Positions 48,065 to 58,888 of a DNA stretch of 64,000 bases are shown in pieces. The notes below the pieces were generated by a model. It searched no databases. It was not told the origin of the DNA and saw nothing but the letters and a program-made list of their open reading frames with translations. Origin of the DNA: Escherichia phage HMD-9; sequence record PV287714.1, one strand, 5' to 3'. The position numbers and the translations under genes were made by a program. Position 1 is the first letter of the stretch; every line of letters begins with the position of its first letter.

Positions 48065-48477
48065 TATTTTCCAGCCTCAAATGCTCGCATGTCTTGAATA
48101 TGCTTAATAGCAAATCCACGTGATTTAATAGCATCAAGAGCTCCACTACAGAAATCCAATAAAATTCCCCAATATTGTAATGAAGTATCAACTTTTAAAA
48201 CATCCTTATCAGCTGATAGAACTGTCTTCATTTCTGATTTCTCATAACGATCCATACTAAATTCATCACCATCTCCTCGTCCCGAGTAGTAGTCTAATTT
48301 AGCTTTAAGAGCAACTTTTTTCTGTGCTTCAATTCTAAGCATTTCCTTTTTAATACTTGAATGCTTATTAAGCCATTTACTATATAACATCACATTATTA
48401 GCTGCTTCATACTGTAATTTAGTCGAATCTATAAACACATCTTTCTTCAATTCTTCTTGAAGATCTTCTAATTTCAT
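48064..48477 (-). CDS. uvsY: UvsY recombination mediator
   Basis: 137 aa; size and position match T4. Confidence 0.85.
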   Translation of the reverse strand: MKLEDLQEELKKDVFIDSTKLQYEAANNVMLYSKWLNKHSSIKKEMLRIEAQKKVALKAKLDYYSGRGDGDEFSMDRYEKSEMKTVLSADKDVLKVDTSLQYWGILLDFCSGALDAIKSRGFAIKHIQDMRAFEAGK

Positions 48478-48543
48478 ATTGTTCTCTATTCAATTGTTAT
48501 TGGATGGACTTAGATTCATTATACCACGTTTATACGTGAAGCA

Positions 48544-48942
48544 TTATACTCTGTTACTGGAAGCCAGTTGTAGTTTTATCTGTTCAATATCATCAGGGTT
48601 ATCGATGACCGAAAAGCGTATTTCTACTATCAGAGTATAATCATCATAAACCGGTATTACATTAACTGCTAATTTATCAATACGTGGCTCGTAGTTTCTT
48701 ACTGCGCTTTCAATGTTACGCTCAACAGTATCAGCAGTAAGAGGAGTCATATTCTCAAAAAGCTGGTCAGATAAATCGCATCCAAATTCTGGGTCAAATG
48801 GTCTCGACCCTTTTCTGGTTGTAATAATTCCTAAAAGACTATTTTTAATTGACCTTAATCCAAGGGATCTAGAAACATCTTTGTCCCAATCCATTTTCAT
48901 TTCTGGGTCAATGTCAGAATAAAGCTTATTAATATTTGCCAT
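48544..48942 (-). CDS. 25: gp25 baseplate wedge (lysozyme-fold) protein
   Basis: 132 aa; size and order match T4. Confidence 0.9.
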   Translation of the reverse strand: MANINKLYSDIDPEMKMDWDKDVSRSLGLRSIKNSLLGIITTRKGSRPFDPEFGCDLSDQLFENMTPLTADTVERNIESAVRNYEPRIDKLAVNVIPVYDDYTLIVEIRFSVIDNPDDIEQIKLQLASSNRV

Positions 48943-49568
48943 TACAATAGCTCAAAGAATTCTTTGAGTCCTCTTATTACATGAGCGTGAGATTTTCCAC
49001 ACTCTGGACATTTAATTGGAACAGCCAAATAAACAGTAGGCTTTAAAAGCATATCTTTTATAGCTACAATATCTGACTCTGTGATGATAGAATATAAATC
49101 TTCCAACTCTTTTTCATTCAAGTCTTCAATTGGAATGCTTTCACCGTTAGCATGAATTGTTTCTATACATGATACTATCATGTGGGCTATATTTTTATCA
49201 TCAAAAATTTTAGGGTAATGGAACTTAATTTTAATGTCGCCCAGTGTATACCAGAGGTCTTCTGGTGCATCTATTTGTGTATGTAATAGATTTATATGGG
49301 TTGGTATTTCAGTTCCACAAGTGCACTTCCAGGAGTTTTCGTGATTAACTTCTCCAAGAGAATGCGCCCATAAATGAATCAACAGTAGTTCTGATTCTTG
49401 GCGGTTTAAATCTTTTGCATTTGTGCATTCTTTGATTAGCTTTTTAACGTTCTCTTCTACTGAACCGTTCTTTTTAGCAGTAATAAGTTCTAGATATTCT
49501 TTAAGAGTAAATGCGCGACAGTTGATTATTTTAGAACCAACTCTCACATCAAATTTGTATTCATACAT
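48942..49568 (-). CDS. 26: gp26 baseplate hub protein
   Basis: 208 aa; size and order match T4. Confidence 0.85.
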   Translation of the reverse strand: MYEYKFDVRVGSKIINCRAFTLKEYLELITAKKNGSVEENVKKLIKECTNAKDLNRQESELLLIHLWAHSLGEVNHENSWKCTCGTEIPTHINLLHTQIDAPEDLWYTLGDIKIKFHYPKIFDDKNIAHMIVSCIETIHANGESIPIEDLNEKELEDLYSIITESDIVAIKDMLLKPTVYLAVPIKCPECGKSHAHVIRGLKEFFELL

Positions 49569-49589
49569 ATTTAGCTCCTTTATTTATCA

Positions 49590-49597
49590 TATTTATA
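49590..49597 (-). promoter_or_regulatory. T4 late promoter TATAAATA for genes 26/25
   Basis: reverse-complement TATAAATA 22 nt upstream of the gene 26 start; overlaps the plus-strand copy. Confidence 0.5.
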
Positions 49598-49601
49598 AAT
49601 A
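49594..49601 (+). promoter_or_regulatory. T4 late promoter TATAAATA for gene 51
   Basis: exact TATAAATA 17 nt upstream of ATG 49619. Confidence 0.55.
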
Positions 49602-49618
49602 GAATAAAAGGAGCATCT

Positions 49619-50368
49619 ATGGCAAACATTATTCGTTGTAAATTACCAGATGGTGTTCATCGTTTTAAACCATTTACGGTAGAAGATTATCGAGATTTTT
49701 TGTTAGTTCGAAACGATATAGAACATCGGTCACCACAAGAACAAAAAGAAATAATTGCTGATTTAATTGCTGATTATTTTGGAGACTATCCGAAGACTTG
49801 GCAACCATTTATATTTTTGCAGGTATTTGTAGGGTCGATAGGTAAAACTAAAGTACCGGTCACATTTGTATGTCCAAAATGTAAAAAAGAAAAGACAGTT
49901 CCATTTGAAATATATCAAAAAGAATTAAAGGAACCTGTTTTTGATGTAGCTAATGTTAAAATTAAATTAAAGTTTCCTTCTGAGTTTTATGAAAATAAAG
50001 CAAAGATGATTACTGAAAATATTCATTCTGTTCAAGTAGATGAAACTTGGTATGATTGGAAGGAAATTAGCGAATCAAGTCAAATAGAACTCGTTGACGC
50101 CATCGAGATAGAAACATTAGAAAAAATTCTCGATGCAATGAATCCTATTAATTTAACTCTACATATGTCATGCTGTAATAAGTACATTAAAAAATACACT
50201 GATATAGTAGACGTGTTTAAGCTATTAGTTAACCCAGATGAGATATTTACTTTTTATCAAATTAATCACACACTTGTAAAAAGTAATTATAGCTTAAATT
50301 CAATAATGAAAATGATTCCTGCCGAGCGCGGATTCGTATTAAAACTGATTGAGAAGGATAAACAATAA
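49619..50368 (+). CDS. 51: gp51 baseplate hub assembly catalyst
   Basis: 249 aa; size and order match T4. Confidence 0.85.
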   Translation: MANIIRCKLPDGVHRFKPFTVEDYRDFLLVRNDIEHRSPQEQKEIIADLIADYFGDYPKTWQPFIFLQVFVGSIGKTKVPVTFVCPKCKKEKTVPFEIYQKELKEPVFDVANVKIKLKFPSEFYENKAKMITENIHSVQVDETWYDWKEISESSQIELVDAIEIETLEKILDAMNPINLTLHMSCCNKYIKKYTDIVDVFKLLVNPDEIFTFYQINHTLVKSNYSLNSIMKMIPAERGFVLKLIEKDKQ

Positions 50369-51543
50369 TGAGTATGTTGCAACGCCCCGGATATCCAAAT
50401 CTCAGCGTTAAATTATTTGATAGCTACGACGCTTGGAGTAATAATAGATTTGTTGAATTAGCTGCTACTATTACCACATTAACTATGCGGGATTCTCTTT
50501 ATGGACGAAATGAAGGAATGCTGCAGTTTTATGATTCTAAAAACATCCATACAAAAATGGATGGAAATGAAATAATTCAGATTTCTGTAGCTAATGCAAA
50601 TGATATTAATAATGTTAAAACACGAATTTATGGATGTAAGCATTTTTCCGTGTCAGTAGATTCAAAAGGTGATAACATCATTGCTATTGAATTGGGAACT
50701 ATTCATTCTATAGAAAATCTTAAATTTGGTAGACCATTTTTCCCTGATGCAGGTGAATCTATAAAAGAAATGCTTGGCGTCATTTATCAAGATCGCACAT
50801 TATTAACTCCAGCAATAAATGCTATAAATGCTTATGTTCCTGATATTCCGTGGACTAGTACATTTGAAAACTATTTGTCATATGTCAGAGAAGTTGCTCT
50901 AGCTGTAGGAAGTGACAAATTTGTATTTGTGTGGCAAGACATCATGGGAGTTAACATGATGGACTATGATATGATGATAAATCAAGAACCATATCCAATG
51001 ATTGTCGGTGAGCCATCTTTAATAGGTCAATTCATCCAAGAATTAAAATATCCATTAGCATATGATTTCGTTTGGTTGACTAAATCGAATCCTCACAAAC
51101 GTGACCCAATGAAAAACGCTACTATCTATGCGCATTCATTTTTAGATTCTTCATTGCCAATGATTACTACAGGAAAGGGCGAAAACTCTATTGTAGTGTC
51201 AAGATCAGGTGCTTATTCTGAAATGACTTATAGGAATGGGTATGAAGAAGCTATTCGTCTTCAAACTATGGCACAATACGATGGCTATGCTAAATGTTCT
51301 ACTGTCGGTAATTTTAACTTGACACCTGGCGTTAAAATTATTTTTAACGATAGTAAAAACCAATTTAAAACAGAATTTTACGTTGATGAAGTCATCCATG
51401 AATTATCAAATAATAATTCAGTAACTCATCTATATATGTTCACTAATGCAACGAAACTGGAAACAATAGACCCAGTTAAGGTTAAAAATGAATTTAAATC
51501 TGATACTACCACTGAAGAAAGTAGTTCTTCCAATAAGCAATAA
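50368..51543 (+). CDS. 27: gp27 baseplate hub protein
   Basis: 391 aa; size and order match T4. Confidence 0.9.
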   Translation: MSMLQRPGYPNLSVKLFDSYDAWSNNRFVELAATITTLTMRDSLYGRNEGMLQFYDSKNIHTKMDGNEIIQISVANANDINNVKTRIYGCKHFSVSVDSKGDNIIAIELGTIHSIENLKFGRPFFPDAGESIKEMLGVIYQDRTLLTPAINAINAYVPDIPWTSTFENYLSYVREVALAVGSDKFVFVWQDIMGVNMMDYDMMINQEPYPMIVGEPSLIGQFIQELKYPLAYDFVWLTKSNPHKRDPMKNATIYAHSFLDSSLPMITTGKGENSIVVSRSGAYSEMTYRNGYEEAIRLQTMAQYDGYAKCSTVGNFNLTPGVKIIFNDSKNQFKTEFYVDEVIHELSNNNSVTHLYMFTNATKLETIDPVKVKNEFKSDTTTEESSSSNKQ

Positions 51544-52021
51544 AGAAGTTTCTATTCCTAAAATGGGTCTTAAACATTATAACATTTTAAAAGATGTTAA
51601 AGGTCCTGATGAAAATTTAAAACTTCTTATTGATTCTATTTGTCCGAATTTATCACCAGCAGAAGTTGATTTCGTTTCCATTCATTTATTGGAATTTAAT
51701 GGAAAGATTAAATCTCGTAAAGAAATAGATGGTTATACTTATGACATTAATGATGTTTATGTATGCCAAAGATTAGAATTTCAATACCAAGGAAATACAT
51801 TTTATTTTAGACCGCCTGGAAAATTTGAACAATTTTTAACTGTGAGCGATATGTTATCCAAATGCTTGCTTAAGGTCAATGATGAAGTTAAAGAAATTAA
51901 TTTTCTTGAGATGCCAGCATTCGTTTTAAAATGGGCAAATGATATTTTTACAACTTTAGCAATTCCTGGCCCTAATGGTCCAATAACCGGAATTGGCAAT
52001 ATTATTGGATTATTTGAATGA
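51488..52021 (+). CDS. 28: gp28 baseplate hub distal protein
   Basis: 177 aa; overlaps the end of gene 27. Confidence 0.8.
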   Translation: MNLNLILPLKKVVLPISNKEVSIPKMGLKHYNILKDVKGPDENLKLLIDSICPNLSPAEVDFVSIHLLEFNGKIKSRKEIDGYTYDINDVYVCQRLEFQYQGNTFYFRPPGKFEQFLTVSDMLSKCLLKVNDEVKEINFLEMPAFVLKWANDIFTTLAIPGPNGPITGIGNIIGLFE

Positions 52022-53790
52022 AAAAGCCACAAGAAATGCAAACGATGCGTAGAAAAGTTATTTCAGATAATAAACCAACACAGGAAGCGGCTAAATCCGC
52101 TTCTAACACTTTATCTGGACTTAACGATATATCTACGAAATTGGATGATGCTCAAGCTGCTTCTGAGTTAATTGCTCAAACTGTCGAAGAAAAATCGAAT
52201 GAAATAATTGGAGCAATTGACAACGTAGAAAGCGCAGTGAGTGATACTACTGCTGGTTCTGAGTTAATTGCTGAAACCGTTGAAATTGGCAATAATATTA
52301 ATAAAGAAATCGGTGAATCACTCGGGAGCAAATTAGATAAATTAACAAGTTTACTAGAGCAAAAAATTCAGACAGCTGGAATTCAACAAACAGGAACTAG
52401 TTTAGCCACGGTTGAAAGCGCTATTCCTGTTAAAGTTGTTGAGGACGATACAGCTGAATCTGTGGGTCCTTTATTACCGGCTCCTGAAGCAGTTAATAAT
52501 GATCCTGATGCTGATTTTTTCCCTACCCCTCAGCCAGTCGAACCTAAACAAGAATCGCCAGAAGAAAAACAGAAAAAAGACGCATTTAACTTAAAATTAT
52601 CTCAAGCTTTAGATAAATTAACAAAGACTGTTGATTTCGGATTTAAGAAATCTATTTCAATTACTGATAAAATATCAAGCATGCTATTTAAGTATACCGT
52701 CAGTGCTGCTATTGAAGCTGCTAAAATGACTGCAATGATATTGGCTGTTGTTGTTGGAATAGATCTACTGATGGTTCACTTTAAATATTGGTCAGATAAA
52801 TTTTCGCAGGCTTGGGATTTGTTTAGTTCAAACTTTACTAAATTCTCTAGCGAAACCGGAACATGGGGTCCTTTATTACAGAGCATCTTTAGTTCTATTG
52901 ATGAAATTAAAAAATTCTGGGAAGAGGGAGATTGGGGTGGTTTGACAACAGCTATCATAGAAGGACTTGGAAGTGTTCTTTTTAATTTAGGAGAGCTTAT
53001 TCAATTAGGTATGGCTAAATTATCTGCAGCAATTCTTCGAGTCATTCCTGGTATGAAGGATACTGCTGATGAAGTAGAAGGAAGAGCATTGGAAAATTTC
53101 CAAAATTCTACTGGAGCATCTCTCAATAAAGAAGACCAAGAAAAAGTTGCAAATTATCAAGATAAACGAATGAACGGAGACCTTGGTCCGATAGCAAAAG
53201 GATTAGATAAAATTGCTAATTGGAAAACTCGTGCATCTAATTGGATTCGCGGTGTTGATAATAAAGAAGCACTAACTACCGACGAAGAACGTGCAGCAGA
53301 AGAAGAAAAATTAAAGCAGCTTTCACCTGAAGAAAGAAAAAATGCTTTAATGAAGGCTAATGAAGCACGTGCCGCGATGATTCGTTTTGAAAAATATGCT
53401 GATTCAGCTGATATGAGTAAAGACTCAACGGTTAAATCTGTTGAATCTGCCTATGAAGACCTTAAAAAACGGATGGATGACCCGGATTTAAACAATTCAC
53501 CGGCAGTTAAAAAAGAACTTGCTGCTAGATTTTCTAAAATTGATGCTACTTATCAAGAGCTCAAGAAAAATCAGCCTAATGCCAAACCTGAAACTTCTGC
53601 TAAATCGCCAGAAGCGAAACAGGTCCAGGTTATTGAAAAGAACAAAGCACAGCAAGCTCCTGTTCAGCAAGCATCTCCTTCAATCAATAATACTAATAAT
53701 GTTGTTAAGAAAAATACTGTCGTTCATAATATGACACCTGTAACAAGCACAACTGCTCCTGGTGTATTTGATGCGACTGGAGTTAATTAA
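52018..53790 (+). CDS. 29: gp29 tail tape-measure / baseplate hub protein
   Basis: 590 aa; size and order match T4. Confidence 0.9.
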   Translation: MKKPQEMQTMRRKVISDNKPTQEAAKSASNTLSGLNDISTKLDDAQAASELIAQTVEEKSNEIIGAIDNVESAVSDTTAGSELIAETVEIGNNINKEIGESLGSKLDKLTSLLEQKIQTAGIQQTGTSLATVESAIPVKVVEDDTAESVGPLLPAPEAVNNDPDADFFPTPQPVEPKQESPEEKQKKDAFNLKLSQALDKLTKTVDFGFKKSISITDKISSMLFKYTVSAAIEAAKMTAMILAVVVGIDLLMVHFKYWSDKFSQAWDLFSSNFTKFSSETGTWGPLLQSIFSSIDEIKKFWEEGDWGGLTTAIIEGLGSVLFNLGELIQLGMAKLSAAILRVIPGMKDTADEVEGRALENFQNSTGASLNKEDQEKVANYQDKRMNGDLGPIAKGLDKIANWKTRASNWIRGVDNKEALTTDEERAAEEEKLKQLSPEERKNALMKANEARAAMIRFEKYADSADMSKDSTVKSVESAYEDLKKRMDDPDLNNSPAVKKELAARFSKIDATYQELKKNQPNAKPETSAKSPEAKQVQVIEKNKAQQAPVQQASPSINNTNNVVKKNTVVHNMTPVTSTTAPGVFDATGVN

Positions 53791-53798
53791 GGAATAAT

Positions 53799-54893
53799 AT
53801 GGCAATTGTTAAAGAAATAACTACTGATTTAATTAAAAAGTCCGGTGAGAAAATTTCAGCCGGACAGAGCACTAAATCAGAAGTAGTAACTAAAACATAC
53901 ACTGCCCAGTTTCCAACTGGGCGTGCTAGTGGTAATGACACTACAGGGGACTTCCAGGTAACAGATCTATATAAGAATGGATTATTATTTACTGCATACA
54001 ATATGTCATCTAGGGATTCTGGAAGTCTTAGATCGATGAGATCTAACTACTCTTCTTCATCTTCGAGTATTTTAAGTACAGCTAGAAACACTATTAGTAG
54101 TACAGTATCAAAACTATCAAATGGATTAATATCAAATAATAATTCAGGAACAATAAGTAAAGCTCCTGTGGCAAATATTCTTTTGCCGAGATCTAAATCT
54201 GACGTTGATACATCATCACATAGATTTAATGATGTTCAAGAAAGTCTTATCAGCAGAGGCGGAGGTACTGCTACTGGTGTGCTAAGTAATATTGCTTCAA
54301 CTGCAGTGTTTGGGGCACTGGAAAGTATAACGCAAGGTATAATGGCTGATAATAATGAACAGATTTATACAACAGCCAGAAGTATGTATGGTGGTGCTGA
54401 GAATAGAACTAAAGTGTTTACATGGGATTTGACTCCACGTTCAACAGAAGATTTAATGGCTATTATTAATATCTATCAATATTTTAACTATTTTTCTTAT
54501 GGTGAAACGGGCAAATCTCAATATGCTGCTGAAATAAAGGGGTATTTAGATGATTGGTATCGTTCTACGTTAATTGAACCTTTATCTCCGGAAGACGCGG
54601 CTAAAAATAAAACACTATTTGAGAAAATGACAGCAAGTTTAACGAACGTTCTAGTAGTTTCAAACCCGACAGTTTGGATGGTGAAAAACTTTGGTGCAAC
54701 ATCTAAGTTTGATGGAAAAACGGAAATATTTGGCCCATGTCAAATACAGAGCATTAGATTTGATAAAACGCCTAACGGTAACTTTAATGGATTAGCTATT
54801 GCTCCAAACCTCTCTAGTACATTTACTCTTGAGATTACTATGAGAGAAATTATCACGTTAAACCGTGCTTCTTTATATGCGGGGACTTTTTAA
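53799..54893 (+). CDS. 48: gp48 baseplate tail-tube junction protein
   Basis: 364 aa; size and order match T4. Confidence 0.9.
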   Translation: MAIVKEITTDLIKKSGEKISAGQSTKSEVVTKTYTAQFPTGRASGNDTTGDFQVTDLYKNGLLFTAYNMSSRDSGSLRSMRSNYSSSSSSILSTARNTISSTVSKLSNGLISNNNSGTISKAPVANILLPRSKSDVDTSSHRFNDVQESLISRGGGTATGVLSNIASTAVFGALESITQGIMADNNEQIYTTARSMYGGAENRTKVFTWDLTPRSTEDLMAIINIYQYFNYFSYGETGKSQYAAEIKGYLDDWYRSTLIEPLSPEDAAKNKTLFEKMTASLTNVLVVSNPTVWMVKNFGATSKFDGKTEIFGPCQIQSIRFDKTPNGNFNGLAIAPNLSSTFTLEITMREIITLNRASLYAGTF

Positions 54894-55858
54894 TGTATTC
54901 TTTAGAGGAATTTAATAATCAAGCAATAAACGCAGATTTCCAACGTAATAATATGTTTAGCTGCGTTTTTGCGACAACTCCATCAACTAAAAGCTCTTCG
55001 TTGATAAGTTCAATTAGCAACTTTTCTTATAATAACTTGGGCCTAAATTCAAATTGGTTAGGATTAACTCAAGGTGATATTAATCAGGGAATTACCACGC
55101 TAATTACAGCTGGCACACAAAAACTAATAAGAAAATCAGGAGTCAGTAAATATCTTATTGGTGCCATGAGTCAACGTACTGTCCAGAGTTTATTAGGCTC
55201 ATTTACGGTTGGTACATATTTAATTGACTTCTTTAACATGGCATATAACTCATCTGGATTGATGATATATTCTGTAAAAATGCCAGAGAATAGATTATCC
55301 TATGAAACTGACTGGAACTATAATTCTCCTAATATTCGTATAACTGGGAGAGAATTAGACCCTTTGGTTATTTCATTTAGAATGGATTCAGAAGCTTGTA
55401 ACTATCGTGCAATGCAAGACTGGGTTAACTCCGTTCAAGACCCAGTAACTGGATTACGTGCTTTGCCACAAGATGTCGAGGCAGATATTCAGGTTAATCT
55501 TCATTCTCGCAATGGATTGCCTCATACTGCGGTGATGTTCACCGGATGCATTCCAATATCAGTGAGCGCTCCTGAGCTATCATATGATGGAGATAACCAA
55601 ATAACTACATTTGATGTTACTTTTGCGTACAGAGTGATGCAGGCTGGAGCAGTTGATAGGCAAGCTGCGCTTGAATGGCTTGAATCTGCTGCTATAAATG
55701 GTATTCAAAGCGTTCTCGGAAATAGTGGAGGTGTTACTGGACTATCTAATTCGCTTTCACGACTTAGTAGATTAGGAGGAACTGCGGGAAGCATTTCAAA
55801 CATTAATACTATGACGGGAATTGTCAACTCGCAAAGTAAAATATTAGGAGCAATATAA
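54893..55858 (+). CDS. 54: gp54 baseplate tail-tube initiator
   Basis: 321 aa; size and order match T4. Confidence 0.9.
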   Translation: MYSLEEFNNQAINADFQRNNMFSCVFATTPSTKSSSLISSISNFSYNNLGLNSNWLGLTQGDINQGITTLITAGTQKLIRKSGVSKYLIGAMSQRTVQSLLGSFTVGTYLIDFFNMAYNSSGLMIYSVKMPENRLSYETDWNYNSPNIRITGRELDPLVISFRMDSEACNYRAMQDWVNSVQDPVTGLRALPQDVEADIQVNLHSRNGLPHTAVMFTGCIPISVSAPELSYDGDNQITTFDVTFAYRVMQAGAVDRQAALEWLESAAINGIQSVLGNSGGVTGLSNSLSRLSRLGGTAGSISNINTMTGIVNSQSKILGAI

Positions 55859-55862
55859 CAAT

Positions 55863-55892
55863 GGGGACCTTTCGGTCCCCATATTTTTATTT
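55863..55892. terminator. bidirectional terminator between convergent gene 54 and the alt-upstream ORFs
   Basis: GGGGACC-TTTC-GGTCCCC followed by ATATTTTTATTT on plus; GAAA loop on the minus transcript. Confidence 0.6.
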
Positions 55893-56177
55893 ACGGAATG
55901 AAATAAAAGCAGCAACTGAAGCAACTAAACTGTCTTCAATATAAACTTCAATTTTTACCGGAGCTTCTGACTCAAATTTACCTGTTACTACACCTTGGAA
56001 AATACTTTCAGTCTGTTCTGGCTTTGAAAAATTTTCAGAAGGAAAAATTCCGAACTTTTTATCTGTTCCAAAAATTTTGATAAATTCATCATAAACTGCT
56101 TCATTAAAAGCATTATCAGCAGGAATAACGCCTTCAACTACAAGTTCTTGACCTAAAAAGCGCAAAGAAGATTTCAT
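55887..56177 (-). CDS. hypothetical protein (alt.-3 position)
   Basis: 96 aa ORF downstream of the alt fragments. Confidence 0.5.
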   Translation of the reverse strand: MKSSLRFLGQELVVEGVIPADNAFNEAVYDEFIKIFGTDKKFGIFPSENFSKPEQTESIFQGVVTGKFESEAPVKIEVYIEDSLVASVAAFISFRK

Positions 56178-56209
56178 TTTGTGTTCCTCATGTTATGTCA
56201 GTAAGATTA

Positions 56210-56413
56210 CTATAACACAACATGAGGGACTTGTAAACTACATTTTGAACTTTTTAGTACGCGTAATAGGCATGCGTCGATTTTATACTGTTTCATTGTT
56301 TGAAGAGCAGTATCAAAAACAGCATTAATGACACCAATTGGATTTCCACCCATGTTTTTAAGCTTAACTAATGATAGTTTCTCATTAACACCTATCATTA
56401 CGATATGCATCAT
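56210..56413 (-). pseudogene. alt N-terminal duplicate, distal fragment (homologous to Alt residues about 65-120)
   Basis: MMHIVMIGVNEKLSLVKLKNMGGNPIGVINAVFDTALQTMKQYKIDACLLRVLKS aligns with Alt MMHIVPFTLTAKGSIAKLKGLGPSPINYINSVFTVAMQTMRQYKIDACMLRILKS. Confidence 0.6.
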
Positions 56414-56595
56414 TTTATCGCCCGGCTTAACGTTTTATTCGTATCACCGCCAGAGGTGTATGTACAAAATCTAAATCCAGGAAGCACACTTTCTTCACCG
56501 GCTTGAATAGCAAAAATTTGAGGTATTTTATGCTTAGGATTTAAGTTAACAACCGGCGCCGAAGCGCCGTCAAATAATTCTGTAATAAGTTCCAT
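56410..56595 (-). pseudogene. alt N-terminal duplicate, proximal fragment (homologous to Alt residues about 2-60)
   Basis: MELITELFDGASAPVVNLNPKHKIPQIFAIQAGEESVLPGFRFCTYTSGGDTN aligns with Alt MMELITELFDENTTLPITNLYPKKKIPQIFSVHVDDAIEQPGFRLCTYTSGGDTN; frame breaks exactly at the MMHIV junction. Confidence 0.6.
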
Positions 56596-56598
56596 GAT

Positions 56599-58647
56599 TT
56601 ATCCTTGAACAAACTTGTAAGGCATGTTTGCAATATCTATGCAAGACGCAATAATTCCAAGAGATGATTCTGCTTTCTGTTTAACATTTGATGAAACAAA
56701 CGATGCAAAGTCAACTCTATCTTCTATATCACCTGTCATTGTAACCAATTCACCAGTTTCCATTAAACGGTCACCGTCATAAATTACCGATTCGGTGAGT
56801 TCTTCTGTGGTCATAACTTCAGCTTGAATAAGCTTGTTGTTAGTTCTAATTGTTCCATCGTTGTAAGATGCATCAGTTATTTTATTAACTTTGACCATTA
56901 ATCCACGTGGCAAAATGACTTCCATTTCATTTGAAGGCGCTAAACTTCCACCGGGTAAAACAACATTGACCTTATCAGCCCCAGTAATAACCCATCCAAT
57001 TCCAACTAAATTATCGCTAGAATTTACAAGTCCTTCATCAGTTTTATCAATAGAAACACTTAAACGCTTTTCGTCTGGTAAAACACCCACAGATGAATCA
57101 GTCATCCAAGTACCAAAAATATTTGGATATAATGATGTTGACACAAAGTTTCTAAAATAAAAAACTCGATTTTTTACCATTGCTTCGTATATTGAAGGTA
57201 ACATTCGTTGTGAACGATACAAAGTAATACCTTTTGGTAATCGTTCACCATTTTTAAAGGCTGAATCTAAATTATCAATGGCTTGTTCTATTTCAGGTGC
57301 TGTTAAAATACTTGTACGCTCATCTGGATTATATAATCCCAAAAGAGCATTATTCATGTCTACATATCCTGAACCTACATATTCACGAATTCCGCGTTTT
57401 TGCGCTGGTGTGTATTTAGATGAATCTTTATTTTCGACTATAGGATGTAATGACCATCCAGCGGTAAGAGCATATCCACGTAATTCTCTTCGAATAATCT
57501 TTGTTTTTATTGCATTCCAAGAATTTTGTACTAACTCATTTGCAGCATCTTGGTTTAAATGCGAATGTCTGTTAATATTTCTTTCAAACCAAGCACCTTT
57601 ATATTTTTCTAAAGTATCATCGACGATAGAAGCAATAGTTTCTAAAGTTTTTATTGAAGTAATAGATTCTTTTCGTAATTTTTCTAAAGCTTTATTTTTT
57701 ATTTCTGCATTAATAATGGATTCTTTATCTTCAGGAATTATAGAAGCTTCTCTGAATGCCATCCCAGCTGTAACACTGCTAAGAGCATTCTCTAATGCAA
57801 ATCCTGAAGTAGAAATAACAGTTAATTCGTTAGCATCAGAAATTAAAGGCGCGTCGGCGGGTTTATTTAATTCTGCTGCTGAAGCCTCAAATTTTTGAAA
57901 CATTGGTGTTTCAAATCTAGAAGATTCCAATGACTGACTTTGTGCAATTGCTCTACGGGAAATTTTAACTTTAACAATAACAGCTTGGTCAGAACGCTTA
58001 TCATTTTCTTGCGCAATAGATGCAGCAATTGCCTCATTTTTAGTTACTTGAGCTCCAGTATCTTTATTGATATAAACATCACCGACCTTCGATTCAACTT
58101 TAGTAAAGAGCTCGGTGCTAATTTCCGGAACTCCTGGAATGTCTTCTAGTGATACATTTTTGCGATGTATAAGAATATATGCATACTTTTTATCGTAATC
58201 CCAGAGTTCCTTAAGAAGGACGTATCTGCCGCCTGAACGACTGCGGATAAGTCTATCAGCAATAACTTGAATTTGTCGAGCTTGACCAGCAGTTTTAGAC
58301 TTAAGAATACGAAGCATGCAGGCATCAATTTTATACTGACGCATCGTTTGCATCGCAACAGTAAAAACTGAATTGATGTAATTAATTGGGCTTGGACCGA
58401 GACCTTTTAATTTAGCAATTGAACCTTTAGCAGTTAATGTAAAAGGAACGATGTGCATCATTTTATCGCCCATCTTTAAATCACGGTTAGTATCACCTCC
58501 AGATGTATAAGTACATAAACGAAAGCCTGGTTGTTCTATTGCGTCATCAACATGAACTGAAAAAATTTGTGGTATTTTCTTCTTTGGATACAAATTTGTA
58601 ATCGGAAGAGTAGTATTTTCGTCAAATAATTCTGTAATAAGTTCCAT
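56599..58647 (-). CDS. alt: Alt ADP-ribosyltransferase (packaged, injected)
   Basis: 682-683 aa (tandem ATG at 58650/58647); size and position upstream of gene 30 match T4 alt. Confidence 0.88.
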   Translation of the reverse strand: MELITELFDENTTLPITNLYPKKKIPQIFSVHVDDAIEQPGFRLCTYTSGGDTNRDLKMGDKMMHIVPFTLTAKGSIAKLKGLGPSPINYINSVFTVAMQTMRQYKIDACMLRILKSKTAGQARQIQVIADRLIRSRSGGRYVLLKELWDYDKKYAYILIHRKNVSLEDIPGVPEISTELFTKVESKVGDVYINKDTGAQVTKNEAIAASIAQENDKRSDQAVIVKVKISRRAIAQSQSLESSRFETPMFQKFEASAAELNKPADAPLISDANELTVISTSGFALENALSSVTAGMAFREASIIPEDKESIINAEIKNKALEKLRKESITSIKTLETIASIVDDTLEKYKGAWFERNINRHSHLNQDAANELVQNSWNAIKTKIIRRELRGYALTAGWSLHPIVENKDSSKYTPAQKRGIREYVGSGYVDMNNALLGLYNPDERTSILTAPEIEQAIDNLDSAFKNGERLPKGITLYRSQRMLPSIYEAMVKNRVFYFRNFVSTSLYPNIFGTWMTDSSVGVLPDEKRLSVSIDKTDEGLVNSSDNLVGIGWVITGADKVNVVLPGGSLAPSNEMEVILPRGLMVKVNKITDASYNDGTIRTNNKLIQAEVMTTEELTESVIYDGDRLMETGELVTMTGDIEDRVDFASFVSSNVKQKAESSLGIIASCIDIANMPYKFVQG

Positions 58648-58670
58648 CATATCCTCTCTAGTGTTTATTC

Positions 58671-58678
58671 TATTTATA
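58671..58678 (-). promoter_or_regulatory. T4 late promoter TATAAATA for alt
   Basis: reverse-complement TATAAATA about 20 nt upstream of the alt start. Confidence 0.5.
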
Positions 58679-58701
58679 AAATTAAAGGCCCGAAGGCCTT
58701 T
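58674..58701 (-). terminator. UUCG hairpin AAAGGCC-UUCG-GGCCUUU at the end of ORF 58700-58888
   Basis: 7-bp stem with UUCG loop on the minus transcript, overlapping the stop codon and followed by an A/U-rich tract. Confidence 0.5.
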
Positions 58702-58888
58702 AATAATCTAATGGTAAGAGAGTACGATATATTTCAAACTTTGGCCCTTTTTCATAGGCATCAAATGTTTCTGAAAATTTATTATAAGCATATGCATCTA
58801 CAAATTCGAGAATGATTTGTGATACAGAAGTAGAAACATCTCCACCTTCTTTTTGAGCAACGACAATTGTTTCTAAGTAAGCTTTCAT
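58700..58888 (-). CDS. hypothetical small protein, ATGA-coupled to DNA ligase
   Basis: 62 aa ORF. Confidence 0.5.
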   Translation of the reverse strand: MKAYLETIVVAQKEGGDVSTSVSQIILEFVDAYAYNKFSETFDAYEKGPKFEIYRTLLPLDY

